The position numbers were made by a program, and so were the translations under genes. Below the pieces are notes generated by a model. It ran no database searches, was not told where the DNA came from, and was given only the letters and a program-made list of their open reading frames with translations. A DNA stretch of 64,000 nt, from NCBI GenBank assembly GCA_024137785.1, contig JAHRHZ010000111.1, positions 34,669,830 through 34,733,829 on the forward strand, in the 5' to 3' direction. This DNA comes from Ginglymostoma cirratum. Taxonomy: Eukaryota. Shown here piece after piece: positions 62,358-64,000 of the stretch (within the stretch, counting starts at the first letter, position 1; each line of letters opens with the position of its first letter).

Positions 62358-62845
62358 TAGAGTCATTGAGTCATAGAGGTGTAGAGCACAGAAGCAGGGC
62401 CTGTGGTCCAACTTACCCATGCTGCCCTGCTTTCACAATTAAACTAGTCCCATTTGCTTGCGTTTGGTCCATATCTCTCCATACCCATCCCATACGATAC
62501 CTGTCTAAATGTTTCTTAAATGGCAAAATTGTGCTTGCTTCCACCACTACCTCTGGCAGCCCGTTCCAGACACTCACCACCCTCTGGGCTCTTTTGTACC
62601 TCTCTCCTCTCACATTAAACCTATACCCTCTAGTTTTAAAGTCCCCTATCACGGGGAAATGTTATTGGCTATCTATTGCCTCTCATGATTTTGTAGACCT
62701 CTATAAGGTCACCCCTCAACCTTCTACACTACAGAGAAAGAATTCCCAGCTTATCCAACGTCTCTTTATAACTCAAACCTTCCAAACCATGTTGCATTCA
62801 GTAAATCTTTTCGGCACTCTGTCTAGTTTAATAATATCCTTTCTA
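62358..62845 (-). mobile_element. CR1 3' fragment nested in the second-family LINE
   Basis: ORF 62413-62652 FKTRGYRFNVRGE..VWNGLPE; GAGTCATA-type tail. Confidence 0.92.
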
Positions 62846-63062
62846 ATCAACTTTTCCCCTGGATATCACTTCAGGAATTCCTCTTGGTATTACCCTAAGC
62901 CTTACCATCTTCGATTGCTTCATCAATGATCTTCCCCACCATCACAACATCAGAACTGGGGATGTCTACTGATAGTTGTACAATGTTCAGCTCCACCCCC
63001 AAATTGTTAGATACAGATATAATCCTGCTTGTCTACATACAGCAGGACAATATTTAAGCTTA

Positions 63063-63308
63063 TAATAAAAATCAAGATTCAGCAGAAGCTGGAAATCTGA
63101 AATAAAAATAGGACGTGCTGGAGAAACCGAGCAACACTGGCAGCATATGTGGAGAGAGAAATACGGTTTTACGTTGAGTTCGATCTGAGTCTTCTTCTGA
63201 CGAAGAGTCATATCAAATTAACATTAACTCAAAAACATTAACTCTCTTTCTCTTTTCATAGATGCTGCCAGACCTGCTAAGTTTCTACAATGCTGTTCTT
63301 TTTATTTG
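63063..63308. mobile_element. Decayed fold-back PLE pLTR insertion
   Basis: Inverted arms (CTGGCAGCATATGTGGAGAGAGAAA / TTTCTCTTTTCATAGATGCTGCCAG); flanks ATATTTAAGCTTA and ACATCCAAGCTTA. Confidence 0.75.
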
Positions 63309-64000
63309 ACATCCAAGCTTAGACTGATGTGCGGCAAGTAACATTCACACCACACAAATGCTAAGTGATGATCATCTCCAAGAACAATGAATCTAACCAC
63401 CATATCTTGACATTCAATGGAATACCATTATTGATTCCTCACGCTATCAAAATCCTGGGGTTTGCCATTGACCAGAAACTGAACTGGACCAGCCGCAAAA
63501 ATACTCTGGCTACAAGAGTTGTCAGAGGCCAGAAATTCTGCTGCAAGTTATCACTTCCTGTCTCCCCATTGCCTGTGCCCCATCTAAAAGGCAGAGCCAA
63601 GAGTGGGATGGAATACTTCCCACTTGCCTGGATCAGTGCGGCTCCAACAACACTCAAGAAGGTTGACACCATCCAGGAGAGAGCAGGCCACTTGATTGGC
63701 ACCACATCCATCACCTTGAATGTTCACTTCCTTCATCACCAACACTCAGTCACAGCAGGCAGTAACATCTAGAAAGTGGACTGCAGCAACTCATTCAGTA
63801 GAATTTTCCAAACAAGCACAAACTGTGGAGGGCAGCTGTGGGCTACCAGTGTTTGACTGGGTGAATGCTGGCCTTTAAAGATGATGCCAGCAAAAGGCAT
63901 TTCTCGAAACGACAATGGAAGAGTGGACCATTGGGATGCTGAATGTTCATTTCAGGTGCCTATAGAAGACAAGAGTATTGGCTAGTGCGCCGAGATACCC

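Larger units (their letters stand above)
62255..63800 (+). mobile_element. CR1/L2-group LINE (second family) interrupted by a CR1 and a PLE fold-back
   Basis: GI.LG..LSLTIFDCFINDLP; ORF 63365-63772 IDQKLNWTS..MEYFPLAWISAAPTTLKKVDTIQ. Confidence 0.85.

Overview
Eukaryotic, repeat-dense, apparently intronic or intergenic DNA. The CR1 LINE, HE1-type SINE and Penelope repertoire points to a cartilaginous fish, probably a shark (inference). I found no intact host protein-coding gene; almost all listed ORFs are decayed transposon frames or noise. Content: about 13 CR1 LINE fragments (one covering nearly all of ORF2, 19950-22642), a second CR1/L2-group LINE with its partner SINE, an L2 fragment, HE1-like tRNA SINEs, pogo-type and Harbinger-like DNA-transposon fossils, a Gypsy integrase fossil, solo LTRs and many Penelope-like element (PLE) pieces. 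Most notable: (1) at least 7 minimal hammerhead-ribozyme cores in PLE termini from several families with co-varying stems, one apparently complete (58450-58490, minus). (2) A size series of fold-back PLE insertions with 12-14 bp target-site duplications (TSDs). (3) An unnamed ~770-bp LTR-like element present twice in inverted orientation, once inside a CR1 and once split by three nested insertions, with a heat-shock element (HSE) 13 bp upstream of its TATA box; the same layout recurs in an unrelated sequence at ~40.9 kb. (4) A ~100-bp unit repeated three times at 13.7-14.9 kb. All alignments were made by eye and boundaries are approximate.
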